NCBI GenBank assembly: GCA_938092135.1 | Contig: CALLJL010000019.1 | Span: forward strand, 27,211-91,210 | Source of the DNA: an uncultured bacterium | GTDB taxonomy: Bacteria; Acidobacteriota; Aminicenantia; Aminicenantales; CALLJL01 | DNA: 64,000 nucleotides | Direction: 5' to 3' | Shown: in pieces, positions 1-11,928 of the stretch | Position numbering within the stretch: the first letter of the stretch is position 1 | Layout of the letters: the number at the start of each line of letters is the position of its first letter | Notes under the pieces: generated by a model | Database searches by the model: none | Told to the model about the DNA's origin: nothing | What the model saw: the letters and a program-made list of their open reading frames with translations, nothing else | Translations under genes and position numbers: made by a program

Positions 1-1
1 C

Positions 2-2005
2 CACCATTATGCCATCGTCGATGAAGTTGACAGCATTCTCATAGACGAAGCCAGAACCCCGCTCATCATTTCCGGACCGACCGAAGAATCGACAGAACTT
101 TATTATCGGATTGATAATTTTGTCCGCCGGCTGCAGCGTGACCGCCACTTTAAAATAGATGAAAAAACAAGAACTGTGGCTCTTCTCGAAGAGGGGGTAG
201 CTGAGGCCGAAAAATACTTCCGTATCAGTAATCTTTATGAACTCTCCCACATGGATCTTGTTCATCACATTAATCAGGCTCTTAAGGCCCATCATCTCTT
301 TAAACGCGATGTGGACTACATAGTCAAGGATGGCAAAGTTATAATCGTCGATGAATTTACAGGCCGCTTAATGCCAGGTCGCCGCTACAGCGACGGCCTC
401 CATCAAGCTTTGGAAGCCAAGGAAAGGGTCCGCGTTGAGCAGGAATATCAAACTCTAGCTTCAATTACTTTCCAGAACTATTTCCGTATGTATAAAAAAC
501 TTGCTGGCATGACGGGTACAGCAGCGACCGAAGCGGCTGAATTCATGGCTATTTATAATCTCGATGTCGTTGAAATCCCCACCAACAAGCCTCTCATCCG
601 CTATGAATATCCCGATGTAATTTACCGGACAGCGAAAGAGAAATGGGAAGCAGTGGTAGAAGAAATAATTTCTGCCCACAAACAAGGGCGGCCGGTTCTC
701 GTGGGAACAACCTCGATTGAAAAATCAGAGCATTTGAGCTCCCTTCTGCGCAAACGGGGCATAAAACATGTTGTCCTCAATGCCAAATATCATGAGCAGG
801 AAGCCAGGATTATTGCTCAAGCGGGTCGGGTGGGCGCAGTAACAATTGCCACTAATATGGCTGGCCGAGGAGTTGATATCCTTCTTGGTGGTAATCCCGA
901 ATTTCTGGCCAAAGAGAATCTCCGCCGTGCTGGAATTGACCCGGAAAAGGCCACTCCGGAGCAATGGCAAAAGGCCTATGAAGAAGCGAAAAAAATAACA
1001 GAGGAAGAACATAAAATCGTCGTTTCTCTTAATGGTCTTTATGTTATTGGGACGGAACGGCATGAAAGCCGTCGCATTGATAACCAGTTAAGAGGAAGAG
1101 CAGGCCGTCAGGGAGATCCAGGGGCTTCTAAATTCTTCCTTTCTCTTGAAGACGATCTTATGCGCATTTTCGGTAGCGACCGCATTTCAGGCCTCATGGC
1201 CAAAATTGGGATGAAAGAAGGGGTTCCAATAGAACATAAAATGGTAACTAAGGCTATCGAAAGAGCTCAAAAGCAAGTGGAGGCTCATAACTTCTCCATC
1301 CGCAAACATTTACTCGAATATGACGATGTAATGAATAAGCAGCGAGAAACAATTTACCGGATGCGTCGAGAAATCATTGAAGGCAAAGATATGAAAGAAT
1401 ATATTCAGGAATTGATTGCAAGTCTTGTCGATTGGCTCCTGGACACTCATGCCAATAAAGATCGGCATCCAGAAGATTGGGATAGAGATTCCCTTCGCCA
1501 GGCGATTCTCTCCCAATTTGGCCTGGATATTAATTCCCTTGGACTCAACTGGGAAGAAATCAATTATGAGGAATTGAGAGAAAAAATTATTTCAACTTTA
1601 AATGCCATTTATGAATCTAAAGAACGCCTCCTGGGTACTCCCCGCATGCGGGAATTTGAACGAATCATTTTCCTTCAGGTCATCGATTCTCAGTGGAAAG
1701 ATCATCTCCTTGGCATGGATTATTTACGGGAAGGAATTGGGTTGAGGGGCTATGGCCAGCGCGATCCTCTGGTGGAATATAAAAAAGAAAGCTTTGAAAT
1801 GTTCCAGGCCATGCTCGATCGGATTGAAGAAGAAGCTATCCGCTATATCTTCCTCTTTCAGCCTATTATTGTTGAAGAAGAAGCTTTGCCTAGGCGGCCA
1901 GCTCAGACTGTTTTTTATGGCGCCCCAGCCCATGCGGCTGAGAGAGCCCCAGCTTTTAGACGTGAAGCCAGGGCAATGATTCCTAAAAAAAGAAAAAAGA
2001 GATAG
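2..2005 (+). CDS. secA: Preprotein translocase ATPase SecA, C-terminal ~665 aa; the 5' end lies upstream of the window
   Basis: The frame is open from nt 2 and reads [25 protein letters not shown] (SecA DEAD motif). Downstream SecA hallmarks follow: [32 protein letters not shown]. The 176..2005 ORF is the same frame. No C-terminal zinc-finger tail is present. Confidence 0.92.
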   Translation, partial: HHYAIVDEVDSILIDEARTPLIISGPTEESTELYYRIDNFVRRLQRDRHFKIDEKTRTVALLEEGVAEAEKYFRISNLYELSHMDLVHHINQALKAHHLFKRDVDYIVKDGKVIIVDEFTGRLMPGRRYSDGLHQALEAKERVRVEQEYQTLASITFQNYFRMYKKLAGMTGTAATEAAEFMAIYNLDVVEIPTNKPLIRYEYPDVIYRTAKEKWEAVVEEIISAHKQGRPVLVGTTSIEKSEHLSSLLRKRGIKHVVLNAKYHEQEARIIAQAGRVGAVTIATNMAGRGVDILLGGNPEFLAKENLRRAGIDPEKATPEQWQKAYEEAKKITEEEHKIVVSLNGLYVIGTERHESRRIDNQLRGRAGRQGDPGASKFFLSLEDDLMRIFGSDRISGLMAKIGMKEGVPIEHKMVTKAIERAQKQVEAHNFSIRKHLLEYDDVMNKQRETIYRMRREIIEGKDMKEYIQELIASLVDWLLDTHANKDRHPEDWDRDSLRQAILSQFGLDINSLGLNWEEINYEELREKIISTLNAIYESKERLLGTPRMREFERIIFLQVIDSQWKDHLLGMDYLREGIGLRGYGQRDPLVEYKKESFEMFQAMLDRIEEEAIRYIFLFQPIIVEEEALPRRPAQTVFYGAPAHAAERAPAFRREARAMIPKKRKKR

Positions 2006-3493
<1,488 letters not shown>

Positions 3494-3865
3494 TATTTTT
3501 TCCATAAAATTGGCAGCAGAATATTTTGAGAGAAAATATCATCCTCAGAAATTTAAAATTTCTTATCGGGAGACGACAATTTAAATTTCACTCAGATTAG
3601 CCTTGATAAGCTAGATAAACTTCCTTAACTCTCGACCAATTATCCAGAGTTTTCCATGTTTAAAGATCTCGCCTTTGGTTTTATTTTTAAACCCGCCAAA
3701 AAAATAATCATGGAAAAAATATCCTCTTAGTGACTAAAAAAAATTATCATCAGGCCACTTTGCTGGATGCTGTGCACGGGGCCATCTTCAGCCTGAAATC
3801 ATTGAATCTAAAAAAAGATTTTTCAGGCTTACAAGTCAATCCTATTTAAAATAGCCCAAAAGATT

Positions 3866-5614
3866 TTAATGGGAAATCTGCTTTTCCATCAAAAACTGCA
3901 AAATTTCGAGTTCATCGGTTTCAAACCAAATTAAAGAACAATGCAAGCATTTATAAACAGGAAGAAGAAATAGATAACTAAAGGGCTTAATAACCATCTG
4001 CAGGCCACATTGTGGGCAGTAGGCTATTCCTTTTTCTTTGGACCGCTTTTTAAGCCAGTCCGGATGGCTAAGATTTTTTTCAATTTCCAATGCTTTGTTC
4101 TTTAAAAATGGAGAGAAGCCGATTTCATGCCTGGACATTATTCTCTCTAAATAGGAGAAAGGGACCAATTTTCCTTGACAATTCGAACATATTTTAATTT
4201 TTAGTCCTTCATAATAAGCCTCACCCAGTTCAATCTGGCATTGAGGACATTTATTCTGGCTCTGAAGATCAATTGGCTGCTGACGATAAAGACGATAAAA
4301 AGCCTGTCTCAAGGAAGCAAAATCCTTGGCCTTCCCTTCCTGGTTCTCCCTTATATTTTTTACTCTAAGACCAGGGGAAAAAAAAGGAAGAGATAAAAGC
4401 GAATTCGAAGTATAAGGTCCTTCCCACCGGCCTGAGGCTCCCCTAACCATCCAGATTCTCTCCTGAAGATTGGCCGTCTGAATTCTGGAAAGAACAGAAT
4501 AATTGGATACATCATCCAGGCTGCTATCAATTCTTTCTTTATGTCTTTCTTCCTGGGCTTTTACTTCCAGCCTGGCTCTTTCTCGCCTTTTCTGTTGTTC
4601 TTTAATTTGGGCTATTAAATCCCGCCAGGATTTATTAGCCATTGAAGTGAGAAGTTTTAACCTCAAGGTAGCGGGGGGATGGGTATTAAAAAGGCGATCG
4701 AAAAAATGATCCCTTATTTCCCGCGAATCAGGAGGAACAAGGAAAAGGGGGGTGTAGAGGCTGAAATCGCCCAGATAGGAATTTCCGAGCTGAGCCTTAT
4801 AGATAATTCTGGCCAGAGCCATAGGATCGCGACTTAGTTCAACGGCAGTCGCATCAGCCAGAAGTTCCCGCTGACGGCTAATAAGGGTACTAAAAAAATA
4901 CATTAAAATGAAGGAAATAATTCCGGCAAAATAAAGAAGAGGATGCACCGCTTCCTTGTGGGAATGTCTATTCAAAATGTCCAGGGACGGCCTTTCCCTT
5001 TCTTTCTCAAGGAAATTTAACAATTGCTCAAAGAAACTGGCGAGGGTACAGATTAGGGTTAAAAGGTATGTATCACCTCTTAAAATATGGGCAACCTCAT
5101 GGGCCACCACGGCCTGTAGTTCATCGCGGCTGGCTTCAGCGATCAGCCCTTCGGTGATGCCTATAACTGGTTTTCCGTCATGACCGATAAGAGAGAAAGA
5201 ATTGATATTAAGAGAGGGAACAATATAACCCCTGATTTCGGGTAAACCTGAGGCTAGCTTTATTTCCTCCAAGATATTCTGGAAAGCCAAATGATAACGA
5301 TCATCAGGCTGAGGGGGATAAGCCTGTAAGCGATTAAGAATAAAGGTGATCCCAGTTTTCTTAGCCTTCAAAAAATTTAAAGCAGTTAAAATTGAGCTTA
5401 CAGCAATAACTAAAAAAAGGTATTTTAAAAAATGGGGAGACTGCCAAAAATTCAAAACAGGAAGAAAGGAGCCGGCAATTAAAAAAAGGATAGCAGTTAG
5501 AAATCCAAGACAAACAAAATAAAAAAGGAAAAGCAAAAATAAAATAAGAAAAAATAATTTCTTTTGTTTTTGCTGAATTTCCCAAAAAAGGACTCTTTCC
5601 AAGGTCTTCCTCAC
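3866..5614 (-). CDS. M48-family (HtpX/Ste24-like) zinc metallopeptidase fused to a C-terminal coiled coil and two CxxC-x(n)-CxxC zinc ribbons
   Basis: The N-terminus has TM helices, followed by the HEVAHI (HExxH) and NTHPP motifs typical of peptidase M48. A K/E/R-rich coiled-coil segment follows. The tail carries CPQCQ...CSNCQ and CPQCG...CLHCS. Confidence 0.7.
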   Translation of the reverse strand: MRKTLERVLFWEIQQKQKKLFFLILFLLFLFYFVCLGFLTAILFLIAGSFLPVLNFWQSPHFLKYLFLVIAVSSILTALNFLKAKKTGITFILNRLQAYPPQPDDRYHLAFQNILEEIKLASGLPEIRGYIVPSLNINSFSLIGHDGKPVIGITEGLIAEASRDELQAVVAHEVAHILRGDTYLLTLICTLASFFEQLLNFLEKERERPSLDILNRHSHKEAVHPLLYFAGIISFILMYFFSTLISRQRELLADATAVELSRDPMALARIIYKAQLGNSYLGDFSLYTPLFLVPPDSREIRDHFFDRLFNTHPPATLRLKLLTSMANKSWRDLIAQIKEQQKRRERARLEVKAQEERHKERIDSSLDDVSNYSVLSRIQTANLQERIWMVRGASGRWEGPYTSNSLLSLPFFSPGLRVKNIRENQEGKAKDFASLRQAFYRLYRQQPIDLQSQNKCPQCQIELGEAYYEGLKIKICSNCQGKLVPFSYLERIMSRHEIGFSPFLKNKALEIEKNLSHPDWLKKRSKEKGIAYCPQCGLQMVIKPFSYLFLLPVYKCLHCSLIWFETDELEILQFLMEKQISH

Positions 5615-5619
5615 TTTCT

Positions 5620-5976
5620 TCAGCGGATTTCAGCAATTTCGTTATTTCCTTTGATTAGCACAATGCGCGGCGAATAAAACTCAATTTCGTTTTCATCTAA
5701 AAGGGTATAAGCCACGACAATCAATTTGTGACCTATTTTGGCTTTATGGGCGGCCGCTCCATAAACACCACAGTATCTTGAGCCTCTTTCGGCCTTAATT
5801 AAATAGGTAGAGAAGCGATCACCTGTGGTTACATTGAAAACATGGACTTTTTCATAGGGGAAAAGGCCAGCTGCCTCAAGGAAGGCCTCATCCAGGCAGA
5901 GGCTGCCTTCATAATCTAATCGAGTTTCTGTTACGGTCAATCCATGAAGCTTTGACTTTAAAAAAACTCTTTGCAT
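5620..5976 (-). CDS. panD: Aspartate 1-decarboxylase
   Basis: 118 aa, MQRVFLKSKLHGLTVTE...GSLCLDE; this is the PanD pyruvoyl-proenzyme signature (G-S cleavage site). Confidence 0.85.
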   Translation of the reverse strand: MQRVFLKSKLHGLTVTETRLDYEGSLCLDEAFLEAAGLFPYEKVHVFNVTTGDRFSTYLIKAERGSRYCGVYGAAAHKAKIGHKLIVVAYTLLDENEIEFYSPRIVLIKGNNEIAEIR

Positions 5977-5977
5977 C

Positions 5978-6832
5978 TTAGCCTCCTTTCGGGGAAATTC
6001 TTAAATTATCAATTAACCTGGTTTGACCACAATAAACGGCCAGAGCAATTAAAGCCTCGTCGATTATTTTTTCTAAGGGCTGAAGCTCCTCTGGGTCAAC
6101 AATTTCAATATAATCAATTTTTAATCGAGGCTCTGCTTTAATTATTTCTTCCATTCTTTTTTTAATAACTTGACAATCTCTTTCACCCATCTCAATCAAC
6201 CTGGCTGCTTCTTCAAGGCTGCGCGGGATGGTCAGACTTGCCTTTCTCTCCTCAGCTGAAAGATAGGTATTCCTTGAGCTTAAAGCCAGGCCATCTACAT
6301 CCCTGACTATAGGCATTACCTTAATCTCCACATCCAAATTAAGGTCACGGACCATCCGGCGAATAATCACAGCCTGCTGAGCATCTTTCTGGCCAAAATA
6401 GGCAATATCGGGTGAGACGATATTAAAGAGTTTAAGCACAACGGTAGCCACCCCTCGAAAATGACCCGGCCGGCTACGACCGCAAAGACCATCCTGAAGT
6501 TCAGTAACTTCTACATAGGTTTTATAACCAGCTGGATACATCTCCTGAGCTGAAGGATAAAAAAGATAATCAACGCCCTCTCTTTCGAGCATGGCCCGAT
6601 CTCTCTCGAGATCCCGAGGATAACGATCAAAGTCCTCCCCTGGCCCAAATTGAATAGGATTAACAAAAATGCTGACAACAGCTATGTCTGTTTCTTGCCG
6701 GCAGGCCCTCACCAAACTCAGATGTCCCTCATGCAAATAACCCATCGTAGGCACAAAGCCTATTTTTTTCCCCTGACTCTTAAGGTCTTTCACCGTTGCC
6801 TTCATTTGATGAATTGTTTCGATAATTTCCAT
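5978..6832 (-). CDS. panC: Pantoate--beta-alanine ligase
   Basis: 284 aa, [20 protein letters not shown]-type motif; immediately upstream of panD with a 1-nt gap. Confidence 0.9.
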   Translation of the reverse strand: MEIIETIHQMKATVKDLKSQGKKIGFVPTMGYLHEGHLSLVRACRQETDIAVVSIFVNPIQFGPGEDFDRYPRDLERDRAMLEREGVDYLFYPSAQEMYPAGYKTYVEVTELQDGLCGRSRPGHFRGVATVVLKLFNIVSPDIAYFGQKDAQQAVIIRRMVRDLNLDVEIKVMPIVRDVDGLALSSRNTYLSAEERKASLTIPRSLEEAARLIEMGERDCQVIKKRMEEIIKAEPRLKIDYIEIVDPEELQPLEKIIDEALIALAVYCGQTRLIDNLRISPKGG

Positions 6833-6925
6833 GGCTCTTCCTCAATGCTTATAGAAATAAAAATTTCCCTCTAAATATTTGCCCATTTTCTGAACAAGTT
6901 AACTTCTATCATTAATTAATCTCTT

Positions 6926-7819
6926 TTAATTTGTCTTCTTTCCAGCGGTTCGTTTGGTTCTCCCCTTCAAAGGGCGACCAAATTTTAACTTTCCCCATTT
7001 CACATGGTAGGCATGATCTGAATCAGGAAAGATACCTTCCTTTACTTCATTAGCGTAATTTTGCAGGGCTTTTCTTATAATTCCAGCCAAATCAGCATAT
7101 TTTTTGACAAACTTGGGCAGATTTTCCTCGGTCAAACCGATGAGGTCGTGAAAAACAAGAATTTGACCATCGCAAAAGCGGCCAGCGCCAATACCAATGG
7201 TTGGAATCCCCACTTCCTGAGTAATTATTTTACCAAGCTCTTCAGGAACGCATTCGAGGACGATGGAAAAACAACCTCTTTTTTCGAGTTCCCTGGCTCC
7301 TTTAACAATTTTTTTGGCTTCCTCCCAGTCGCTTCCCTGGAGACGATACTGGCCTAGCCGATTGATTGACTGGGGAGTTAAACCCACATGGCCCATAACT
7401 GGAATTTCTGCCTCAACTAGAGCTTCAATGACCGCCAGCCGCCGCGGCGAGGCCCCCTCAATTTTAACTGCTTTAGCACCGGCTTCTTTGATAAAACGGG
7501 CTGCATTCCTGATGGTCTCATCGGAAGAAAGATGAAAAGAGAAATAGGGCATATCAGCCACCACCAATGCCCTTTTTACCGCCCTAACTACAGCTCGAGT
7601 ATGATGGAGCATCTCTTCCATGGTTACAGGCAGCGTATTTTCATAGCCCAGAACTACCATGCCTAAGGAATCGCCTACAAGAATGATATCCATACCAGTT
7701 TCATCGGCTAATCGAGCTGTAGGAAAATCGTAAGCAGTAATGGCCACAATCTTTTCTCCAGCAAGCTTTTTTGCTTTTAGGAGAGGAATGGTTAAAGGGA
7801 AAACTTTTTCTTGAACCAT
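6926..7819 (-). CDS. panB: 3-methyl-2-oxobutanoate hydroxymethyltransferase
   Basis: ITAYDFPTARLADETGMDIILVGDSLGMVVLGYENTLPVTMEEMLHH is the KPHMT signature. A short basic C-terminal tail follows. Confidence 0.9.
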   Translation of the reverse strand: MVQEKVFPLTIPLLKAKKLAGEKIVAITAYDFPTARLADETGMDIILVGDSLGMVVLGYENTLPVTMEEMLHHTRAVVRAVKRALVVADMPYFSFHLSSDETIRNAARFIKEAGAKAVKIEGASPRRLAVIEALVEAEIPVMGHVGLTPQSINRLGQYRLQGSDWEEAKKIVKGARELEKRGCFSIVLECVPEELGKIITQEVGIPTIGIGAGRFCDGQILVFHDLIGLTEENLPKFVKKYADLAGIIRKALQNYANEVKEGIFPDSDHAYHVKWGKLKFGRPLKGRTKRTAGKKTN

Positions 7820-7891
7820 TTTAAATCCTTTCTCCCCATCTCGCCTAAAATATCGAGATTAGGGTAAAGTCTATTTTTTAACCAAAATAAA

Positions 7892-8557
7892 TTATCGGCG
7901 TGACGATTTTTTTTGTCCATAGCTTGAAGGGACAAAATAAAGATGGCCTTTTTTAAGATTTTTAATCTGTTGAACAACATCCATCATTTCAGCGTCATCA
8001 GTTGGATCAAAATCGTCGGATTTAATGACGAGCAAAGGCGTTGTCTTATAATTAAAGAAGAAATAATCAAAGGCCTGTAAAAGATTCTGCAAATATTTCT
8101 CGGAGATCATCTTTTCAAGCTCAGTTCCCTCGCGAGCAATTCTTCTTAGCAAGGTAGGTAAAGAAATCTGAAGATAAATGGTTAAATCAGGTTTAGGAAT
8201 TCTTTCCTCGAGAATAGCATAAATCCTTTCGTAAACAATTAATTCATCGTCAGTTAAAGTCTGATAAGCATAGATTTTATCTTTTTCAAAAAGATAATCA
8301 CAGATTACCCTATCGGCAAAGAGATCCCTCTGAGCTAGCATGACCTGTTGATGATAACGATTGACTAAGAAAACAAGCTGGGCTAGAAAGGCAGCTCCTT
8401 CTTTTTCTTCATAAAAATCCCTTAAATAAGGATTTTCTCGGTTATCTAAAATAACCCGGCCGCCAATCAGTTTGGCTAATGCTTGGGCAAATCGGGTTTT
8501 ATAACTATGGGGAACACCCTCAATGGCAATATGATGAAAGGGTAAATCCTCAATCAT
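7892..8557 (-). CDS. Deoxynucleoside kinase (dAK/dGK/dCK family)
   Basis: 221 aa with an IAIEGVPHSYKT P-loop variant, an ERIP motif region and an acidic lid. It lies 72 nt upstream of panB on the same strand. Confidence 0.65.
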   Translation of the reverse strand: MIEDLPFHHIAIEGVPHSYKTRFAQALAKLIGGRVILDNRENPYLRDFYEEKEGAAFLAQLVFLVNRYHQQVMLAQRDLFADRVICDYLFEKDKIYAYQTLTDDELIVYERIYAILEERIPKPDLTIYLQISLPTLLRRIAREGTELEKMISEKYLQNLLQAFDYFFFNYKTTPLLVIKSDDFDPTDDAEMMDVVQQIKNLKKGHLYFVPSSYGQKKSSRR

Positions 8558-8591
8558 GACTTGTTATATTTTTTAATCAAATCATTCTCCC

Positions 8592-8810
8592 CTATTCTGT
8601 TTTCTGAACCTCAGCTTTTCCGGCTGGAATGACTATCCAGGCAATGAGATAAAAAATAACCATCGGCACAAGGGCAGTTATCAAAGTAATGCCCACAAAA
8701 ATCAGACGCACCAGGGAAACATCAATGTCAAAATAATTGGCCAATCCAGCACAGACTCCACCAATCATCCTGCCTTCTAAAGAGCGAGTTAATTTTTTAG
8801 CCATGGTCAA
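8592..8810 (-). CDS. PspC-domain small membrane protein
   Basis: 72 aa, LEGRMIGGVCAGLANYFDIDVSLVRLIFV followed by a TM helix; classic PspC-domain pattern. Confidence 0.7.
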   Translation of the reverse strand: MTMAKKLTRSLEGRMIGGVCAGLANYFDIDVSLVRLIFVGITLITALVPMVIFYLIAWIVIPAGKAEVQKTE

Positions 8811-9047
8811 GGCTCCTTTTTCAGATAATCCAATTTATTTTAATCCCTTTACTTCTCCTCACTGCCTCCAATTTCTGACAGACCTTTTTGAATTTTATTA
8901 TAGCTAAAACATTTTTTCTCTTCATCAAAATTTTTAATTAAAAACATAAAAAAGAGGCTTTCTCTTCCAAAAATAAAATTTTATCTTTTTTGAATCAAAA
9001 TATAAATTAAAAATTTGAAATTAATTAATAATTGAGGGAAGAAAATA

Positions 9048-9085
9048 CCTGGGTGGGGAAAAAACCCAGGTTTTGACTATTTTTG
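9048..9085 (+). terminator. Terminator/attenuator-like hairpin in the leader of the aldehyde dehydrogenase gene. Arms CCTGGGT / ACCCAGG flank a GGGGAAAAA loop and are followed by TTTTGACTATTTTTG.
   Basis: A perfect 7-bp inverted repeat is read at 9048-9054 and 9064-9070, followed by a T-rich run. An alternative pairing exists between GTGGGGA at 9053-9059 and TCCCCAC at 9088-9094. Confidence 0.3.
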
Positions 9086-9300
9086 TCTCCCCACTTAGCC
9101 TGATTTATAAATCGACCAGAAAGATAAAACTCTTAAGCATTATCAAAGTAACGCGAGCGGTGCCGCCATCGGGGCCAACTGAAAATTCTATTAATTTTTA
9201 TATTGACTTTTATCCAGGCTTAAAATAAACAAGACTATATTTATTATAGCTTTTCTTTAAATTTCTCTGGGGAAAAGAAAGGTAAAGAGGAGACAAAAAA

Positions 9301-10737
9301 ATGAGCAACCAGCAATTTACCCCCGGGCTCAACGTGGATGAAATTCTCAATCGAGCCGAGCAAGCTGCTTCTGTTTTTCGCGATTTTGATCAGGAAGAAA
9401 CGGATAGAATTGTTTATGCTGTATATGAAGCCGCCTTCAAAGCCAGAGTTTATCTCGCCAAATTAGCCTATGAAGAAACCGGAATAGGGCGCTGGGAAGA
9501 TAAAGTGATCAAGAATATTCTGGCTACCAAGATTACCTATGAGGAAATAAAAAATGTTAAAACGGCAGGCGTAATTGCTGTTAACCAAGAAGAAGGGATT
9601 ATTGAGATGGCTGAACCTGTTGGTCCGATTGTCGCCTTAACGCCGATTACCAATCCTACATCGACCGTTCTTTTCAAAATCCTTATCGCCCTTAAGGCTA
9701 GAAATCCCATTATTATCAGACCCCATGGCGGGGCGAAGAGATGTTCCATCGAAGCGGCCCGTATCTGTTATGAAGCTGCCCTTCGGGCTGGCGCACCCGA
9801 AAATTGCATTCAATGGGTAAGAGTTTCCACTAGAGAGGAAACAGCTTCGCTGATGGCTCATCCAAAAACAGCTTTGATCATGGCCACGGGCTCAGTCGAT
9901 GTGGTTCGAGCCGCCCTTAATTCGGGTAAACCTTCAATCGGCATTGGCCCTGGAAATGTTCCTGTTTTTATCGATTCGAGCGCCGATCTACCTTTAGCCT
10001 GTGAAGCCATCATCAGTTCAAAAACCTTTGATTATGGCTCGGTCTGTGCGAGCGAACAGGCGCTTATTGTTCCCAAACAAATAAAGGATCAGGTGAAAAA
10101 TGAACTTGAAAAAAGGGGTGCCTATTTCTTAAACCCAGAAGAGATAAAGAAACTTGAGCCTGTGGCTTATAGTTCTCAAGAAAAAGTCATGAAAGTAGAA
10201 GTTATTGGTCAGGCCGCGCCAAAAATTGCTTCCCTGGCTGGTTTTAAGGTCCCAGAGAACACAACCATTCTTGTTGCCCCTTTAGAAGAAATTGGACCCC
10301 ATTCGCCTTTGTCCATGGAAATATTAGCGCCCATTCTTGCTTTTTATGTGGCTGACAACGAAGACAGAGCTTTTCATCTAGCGAAAGAAATTTTAAAAAA
10401 TGGTGGCCTTGGCCATACAGCCAGCATTTTTTCCTCCCGGCCTGCCCAAATTGCCCGCTTTGCCCGAGAAATGCCGGCCGGCCGAATTCTGATCAACACC
10501 CCGGCCTCTCTTGGAGCTTTAGGCGGCCTTTACAATCGGCTTCAACCTTCTCTTGTTCTTGCCTGTGGCCCGAAAGCTGGCAACATCTTCTTAGATAATA
10601 TTTCTGTCCATCATCTAATTATTCGTAAAAAAATAGCGGAGCCCAGAATAAGCCCTTGGTATCGAAAAGAAATCCGTCAACTTTATCTTGATGAATCCGT
10701 GATGCCTGACAAGCTCAATGAACAGGTAAAATCCTGA
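9301..10737 (+). CDS. CoA-acylating aldehyde dehydrogenase (EutE/PduP/AdhE N-domain-like)
   Basis: 478 aa of ALDH-superfamily acetylating type; the catalytic Cys lies in FDYGSVCASEQALIV. It resembles EutE, but no microcompartment shell genes are nearby. Confidence 0.75.
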   Translation: MSNQQFTPGLNVDEILNRAEQAASVFRDFDQEETDRIVYAVYEAAFKARVYLAKLAYEETGIGRWEDKVIKNILATKITYEEIKNVKTAGVIAVNQEEGIIEMAEPVGPIVALTPITNPTSTVLFKILIALKARNPIIIRPHGGAKRCSIEAARICYEAALRAGAPENCIQWVRVSTREETASLMAHPKTALIMATGSVDVVRAALNSGKPSIGIGPGNVPVFIDSSADLPLACEAIISSKTFDYGSVCASEQALIVPKQIKDQVKNELEKRGAYFLNPEEIKKLEPVAYSSQEKVMKVEVIGQAAPKIASLAGFKVPENTTILVAPLEEIGPHSPLSMEILAPILAFYVADNEDRAFHLAKEILKNGGLGHTASIFSSRPAQIARFAREMPAGRILINTPASLGALGGLYNRLQPSLVLACGPKAGNIFLDNISVHHLIIRKKIAEPRISPWYRKEIRQLYLDESVMPDKLNEQVKS

Positions 10738-10791
10738 ATAAATAGGACTAAATCTTCAGAAGATTTTTCCATCATTGCTTTTATTCTTTTC

Positions 10792-11681
10792 TTGGTTGTG
10801 AGTGATGCTGTCTATATCGTTTCCGAACCCATTCAAGTCATCATTACTCAATTTGGTCAGCCCATTGGCAGGGACATTATCTCGCCCGGCCTTCATCTAA
10901 AGGTCCCTTCATTCAAAAGACTCACTAATTTGAAAAGAGATGGCTCAAGTGGGATGGCGACCCAAACTAGATTCCTACTCGTGATAAAAAAATATATGGG
11001 TAGACTCTTATGCCCGGGGCGGATAGCTAATCCCCTATTTTCTTCAAGCGAGCTAGAGATGGACGGGGAGACCAATTCAAACCTGACGACATTATTATGG
11101 TGAAACCCGAAATACCATTGCCAAATTCAATTTAATCGAGGATGAGCGATCCTCAAATCGAGAGTTTAAAGAAATCGAAGAAAGGGTAAGGTCTGAAGTT
11201 ACTTAAGGTTTGGACAAAATAAAATCTGGATGTAATCGTATCGCCGAAATTATCCTGGAAAGGGCCTCTCGCATAGCTCTTTAATTGGGTGTGGAACTTA
11301 AGGATGGCCGAAGAAAGAGAAGTAATTATATCAATGAAATCCAGCGCAAAGTCTTTGATCGCCTGATTGCCGAAAGAAAAACAATTGCCTCCAAATATCG
11401 CTGGGGGTGTTCGGAGCACGGAAATAAGAGGCAAGAAAGAAAAAGAATAGAAGAGAATTAAATCGGAAGCTTACCAGAAGGTTCAGGAAATTAAAGGGCA
11501 GGCTGATGTTGAAGCAACTAAGATTTATGCTCAAGCTTATAACCTCGCCCCCGACTTTATCAGCTCGTGAAAAACCCATAAAACCTACCTAAAAGGTTTT
11601 GATAGGGAAACTTGGCTCATTCTTCCTCTTGATAGTGAGTTTTTGCGCTTTCTGCGTAGCTTCTCGAAACGCATGTTTTAA
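10792..11681 (+). pseudogene. Decayed HflC/HflK (SPFH/band-7) gene remnant with multiple frameshifts and stops and no N-terminal TM segment
   Basis: The first fragment reads VYIVSEPIQVIITQFGQPIGRDIISPGLHLKVP, matching the HflC VkEGErgVVlRFGK..PGLHFKiP block. A later fragment reads KVFDRLIAERKTIASKYR, matching VYeRMRAERERIAAEYR. Another reads EAYQKVQEIKGQADVEATKIYAQAYNLAPDF, matching AeAyr.aqeIrGeGDAeA.rIYAeAf..dPeFY. The end reads ILPLDSEFLRFL, matching lVLSPdSdFFRYm. These pieces sit in three different frames. Confidence 0.6.
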
Positions 11682-11928
11682 AATAAGCTAAGAAAAAGAT
11701 CTTTTTGATAAGAAATTAATAAAGGCTTTAATAAAGCCTGGCGTGAAGAATAATAGCCTTAATTAAAATTTTCTTTAGGGTCTAGATAGTATCGCTCAAC
11801 AATAAAAATATAATTATAAGACAAGATAATCGTAACGCCAGATAATTGATTGAGTAAAAAGAGAAAGTCATTTATATTAAAAATTCTTCAGAGAAAATAA
11901 GTTAAATGAAGTAGAAGGAACCTAAAAA

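Noticed and set aside
461-1933. Several 60-110-aa ORFs antisense to or out of frame with secA (461..685, 725..1063, 1310..1516, 1724..1933, 1752..1979)
   Set aside because: They lie entirely inside a strongly supported secA frame, have no RBS or homology, and show low-complexity composition, so they are spurious.
7792-7980. 62-aa ORF spanning the dNK / panB junction
   Set aside because: It overlaps the 3' end of the deoxynucleoside kinase gene in another frame and has no features.
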